Below are positions 59,979 to 64,000 of a stretch of DNA of 64,000 bases, piece by piece. How positions within the stretch are numbered: the stretch's first letter is position 1; every line of letters starts with the position of its first letter. The stretch is taken from NCBI GenBank assembly GCA_041674805.1, contig JBAYVA010000003.1, forward strand, positions 27,029 to 91,028. Reading direction: 5' to 3'. Below the pieces are notes generated by a model. It was not told where the DNA came from. It saw only the letters and a list, made by a program, of their open reading frames with translations, and searched no databases. A program made the position numbers and the translations under genes. The DNA comes from Candidatus Magasanikiibacteriota bacterium. Lineage in GTDB: Bacteria; Patescibacteriota; Patescibacteriia; Magasanikbacterales; UBA922.

Positions 59979-61082
59979 TTAGGTATTTTTTAGATAACGC
60001 AAGTATGCTTCAACAAAGGGATCCAATTCTCCATTGAGAACTCCTTCATCATCTGTCGTTTCATATCTCGTGCGTAAATCTTTGACCATGTGATAAGGAT
60101 GCAAGACATAACTTCTGATTTGACTTCCCCACTCAGGACTTTTGTATTCTCCGCGAAGTTTCAATCTTTCTTCTTCATCTTTCTCTTCTTGAACTTTTTG
60201 TAATCTAGAAAGTAAGACTTTCATTGCTAATTTTCTATTTTGTTGTTGAGATTTTTCATTTTGACAAGTTACAGTAATACCTGTTGGAAGATGTACCAGA
60301 CGCACAGCACTATAAGTCGTGTTGACACTTTGACCACCATTTCCACCAGCCATAAACGTATCTATACGTATATCTTTATCATCTATTTTGACATCTTCTG
60401 ATTCTTCTAGCTCAGGAATTACTTCTACCAGAGCAAAAGAAGTGTGACGCATTTTTTCGGCATCAAAAGGAGAAATACGAACCAAACGATGTGTGCCATG
60501 TTCAGATTTCAAATGACCATAAGCGAAATTACCTTCTACTTGAAAAGTAACAGACTTGAATCCAGCTTCTTGCCCCCTAGTTTCATCCAAAATCGTTGTT
60601 TTCCAGCCTTTTTGGTCAGCATAGCGCAGATACATCCGAAGTAACATCTCAGCCCAATCCTGGGCCTCTGTACCACCACTGCCAGAGTGAATAGAGACAA
60701 TGGCACTCTCTTTATCATGTTTACCGTCAAATAAAGTCTTGAACTCTAATTTGAGAATATTCTTTTCCAAAATTACATACTGTTTTTCAATGTCTTCTCG
60801 CATATTCACGTCACTATCTGCTTCGTCCATTTGTGCGATTTCTAGCAAATCTTTTGTTTCTTTGTCATATTTACCCCAAATATCAATTTCAGCTTGCAAA
60901 TCACTCATCTCTCTACTTTTTTTGGTAGCATTTTCTTGGTCTTTCCAAAAATCTGGTTTGTTTACTTCTTCTGCGATTACCAAAACTTGTGACTGTTTTT
61001 TGGCAATATCCAAAATATCGTACATTTCTGACAATTTTTTTTGTAGATTTTCAATTGATTTTAGCACTTCTTGCATTTCCAT
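59979..61082 (-). CDS. prfB: Peptide chain release factor 2
   Basis: GGQ motif (AGGNGGQSVNTT) and the RF2-specific SPF motif (RISPFD). It is a single continuous ORF with no +1 frameshift site. Confidence 0.9.
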   Translation of the reverse strand: MEMQEVLKSIENLQKKLSEMYDILDIAKKQSQVLVIAEEVNKPDFWKDQENATKKSREMSDLQAEIDIWGKYDKETKDLLEIAQMDEADSDVNMREDIEKQYVILEKNILKLEFKTLFDGKHDKESAIVSIHSGSGGTEAQDWAEMLLRMYLRYADQKGWKTTILDETRGQEAGFKSVTFQVEGNFAYGHLKSEHGTHRLVRISPFDAEKMRHTSFALVEVIPELEESEDVKIDDKDIRIDTFMAGGNGGQSVNTTYSAVRLVHLPTGITVTCQNEKSQQQNRKLAMKVLLSRLQKVQEEKDEEERLKLRGEYKSPEWGSQIRSYVLHPYHMVKDLRTRYETTDDEGVLNGELDPFVEAYLRYLKNT

Positions 61083-61283
61083 ATTTGGGATTATTTGTTA
61101 CCTTATTATGCCTTAATTTGAAATAAAAGACAAGGGTAAAATTACATATTACAAATACAAAAAACACACAAACAATGCAACAATTAAAAACTCTTATAAA
61201 CAAAACAACCCCCAAATTGAGGATTGTTTTAATCACCGACAAAGTCGGGACAAGTGTTTTTATGCTTTAATATTTTAATGAAA

Positions 61284-62918
<1,635 letters not shown>

Positions 62919-63103
62919 TTATTTTAATTATTTTATTAAGTTTATATTTTAATTTTTATTTTGTTTGTAAAAAAATTTTTAATAAATTGAGATAAAATTT
63001 TATAAGTAAATAAAACTAATTATCTCAATTTATCTCCTTATCTCTATTTATTTTTTCTAAAACGAAGAGATAAGTAGAGATAATAAATAAACTTGCAAAA
63101 AAA

Positions 63104-63379
63104 TTATTCTACTACCGCGATAACATCTACATGGTCCAAAATTTTATATTCAACATCACCTATTTTTATTTCTTCTCCACCCCATTTTTTAAACAATACT
63201 TTCATACCAACAGCCAAATCTAATTTAGCTAGTTTTTCACCATTACCAAGTGCGATAATCTCACCTTCAGCCTTTTTTTCTTTATCCACTGTCTCTGGCA
63301 AAATAATTCCAGAAAGAGTTTTTTCTTCCTCTACTTGAGGTTTGACCAAAAGACGGTCACCAAGTGGTTTTATATTCAT
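63104..63379 (-). CDS. groS: Co-chaperonin GroES
   Basis: MNIKPLGDRLLVKP...VGMKVLFKKWGGEEIKIGDVEYKIL. The ORF-track N-terminal extension to 63547 is spurious; the ATG is at 63379. Confidence 0.9.
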   Translation of the reverse strand: MNIKPLGDRLLVKPQVEEEKTLSGIILPETVDKEKKAEGEIIALGNGEKLAKLDLAVGMKVLFKKWGGEEIKIGDVEYKILDHVDVIAVVE

Positions 63380-63395
63380 ACTATATATAATTAAA

Positions 63396-63422
63396 AATAA
63401 ACATATTATCACTCGTACTAAG
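63396..63422. promoter_or_regulatory. CIRCE-like inverted repeat (HrcA operator) upstream of groES
   Basis: TTATCACTC-N9-GAGTGATAA; one mismatch per half-site versus the consensus TTAGCACTC-N9-GAGTGCTAA. Confidence 0.7.
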
Positions 63423-63423
63423 T

Positions 63424-63452
63424 GAGTGATAATATCATATAACTCTTGAAAA
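63424..63452 (-). promoter_or_regulatory. Sigma-70-type groESL promoter
   Basis: On the minus strand: TTGACA-N17-TATGAT, immediately followed by the CIRCE element. Confidence 0.55.
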
Positions 63453-63745
63453 AAAATGTCAAGAGAATTTTTTTGTGAAAAAATATCAATGTATATTCGT
63501 TTAATATTTAAATTATTCTCAACACACAAAAAAACCAATGTTAGCAACGAGCTTGATGCGACGACTGTGTATAAAATTCGTGATGCCTGTCAGAAAACAC
63601 GAATTTTGAACAGCGTACGCTTCACGCCTGTTGCTAACACTGGCTTCTTTAAATTTCTTGTTAGCCTATGTATCTTAGTAAAAATACCAAGAAGTGTCAA
63701 TCTTTGCCTAGTGGCTAAAATTAGCCAAATAAAAATATGATGTTA

Positions 63746-63997
63746 TTAATCTGTGGACAAACGGTAGATAAGAGCAAAAAATATACTCAAAAACAAAAAA
63801 CCTAAATAAGAAGACAAAAGATAATGATCAAAAAGTCCTAAAGTAGAAAAAATAATAGCTAAAATTAGCCAAAAAAATATTTGATCAACTTTTTTTACAC
63901 TTAGCCAATAAATCACAAAATTAATTAAAACAAAAACAAACAAAGCAAAACCAACAATACCATATTCTACAAAAAACAATAGATATATATTGTGCAC
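63746..63997 (-). CDS. C-terminal fragment of a polytopic membrane protein, possibly an O-antigen ligase (Wzy_C-like); its 5' part lies beyond the window edge
   Basis: FFVEYGIVGFALFVFVLI...LFDHYLL resembles the C-terminal helices of O-antigen ligases. The ORF is truncated by the window end. Confidence 0.35.
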   Translation of the reverse strand: MHNIYLLFFVEYGIVGFALFVFVLINFVIYWLSVKKVDQIFFWLILAIIFSTLGLFDHYLLSSYLGFLFLSIFFALIYRLSTD

Positions 63998-64000
63998 TGG

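Noticed and set aside
59979-61082. Possible programmed +1 frameshift in prfB
   Set aside because: The RF2 reading frame is continuous from its ATG (367 aa), with no CUU-UGA shifty site and no split ORF.
63380-63547. 56-aa N-terminal extension of the groES ORF in the ORF track
   Set aside because: It overlaps the CIRCE element and the promoter, and GroES starts with the canonical MNIKPLGDR at 63379.

Overview
This window is a low-GC, gene-dense bacterial chromosome segment that looks like a reduced Patescibacteria/CPR-type genome. Most genes are housekeeping, in co-directional runs: radA, recG, der, pth, dprA, folC, topA, a short Rel, parAB, scpAB, aspS, a UvrD/PcrA helicase, tgt, rlmH, queA, prfB and groES-groEL. 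There are many cell-envelope genes: an M15 and an S11 DD-peptidase, LCP, MltG, GT2, a GT-C-like membrane glycosyltransferase, PAP2, manC and an O-antigen-ligase fragment. An ECF sigma factor sits upstream of a membrane coiled-coil protein and a 1135-aa Thr/Ser-rich secreted surface protein. Two tRNAs are present (Leu-CAA on the + strand, a probable Arg on the - strand); there are no rRNA genes and no CRISPR array. The most notable features are described in the findings. (1) A ~780-aa protein fuses an N-terminal Nudix-like domain to a C-terminal RelA/SpoT-like nucleotidyltransferase domain; the window also encodes a canonical Rel and a separate Nudix hydrolase. (2) A ~350-nt island of ~65% GC lies in an intergenic region of the ~30% GC genome and is most likely a structured RNA of unresolved class. 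(3) A small accessory island (27.8-34 kb) carries a solitary OLD-family ABC-ATPase/TOPRIM nuclease, small membrane-protein genes and near-identical duplicated promoters. (4) Two four-helix-bundle (23S IVS-type) protein genes each sit between long inverted repeats, with a near-empty copy of one repeat pair elsewhere. (5) Several dispersed intergenic repeat families occur: the TTGTAAAGTT/ATAAAGTT arrays, GTCCCGAC hairpins, 9-bp phased A-tract tandems, GAGGAATG repeats with one copy inside recG, TTATCTCAATTT motifs and a GTTACGT heptamer tandem. All calls are from reading the sequence and ORF translations by eye; no searches were run.
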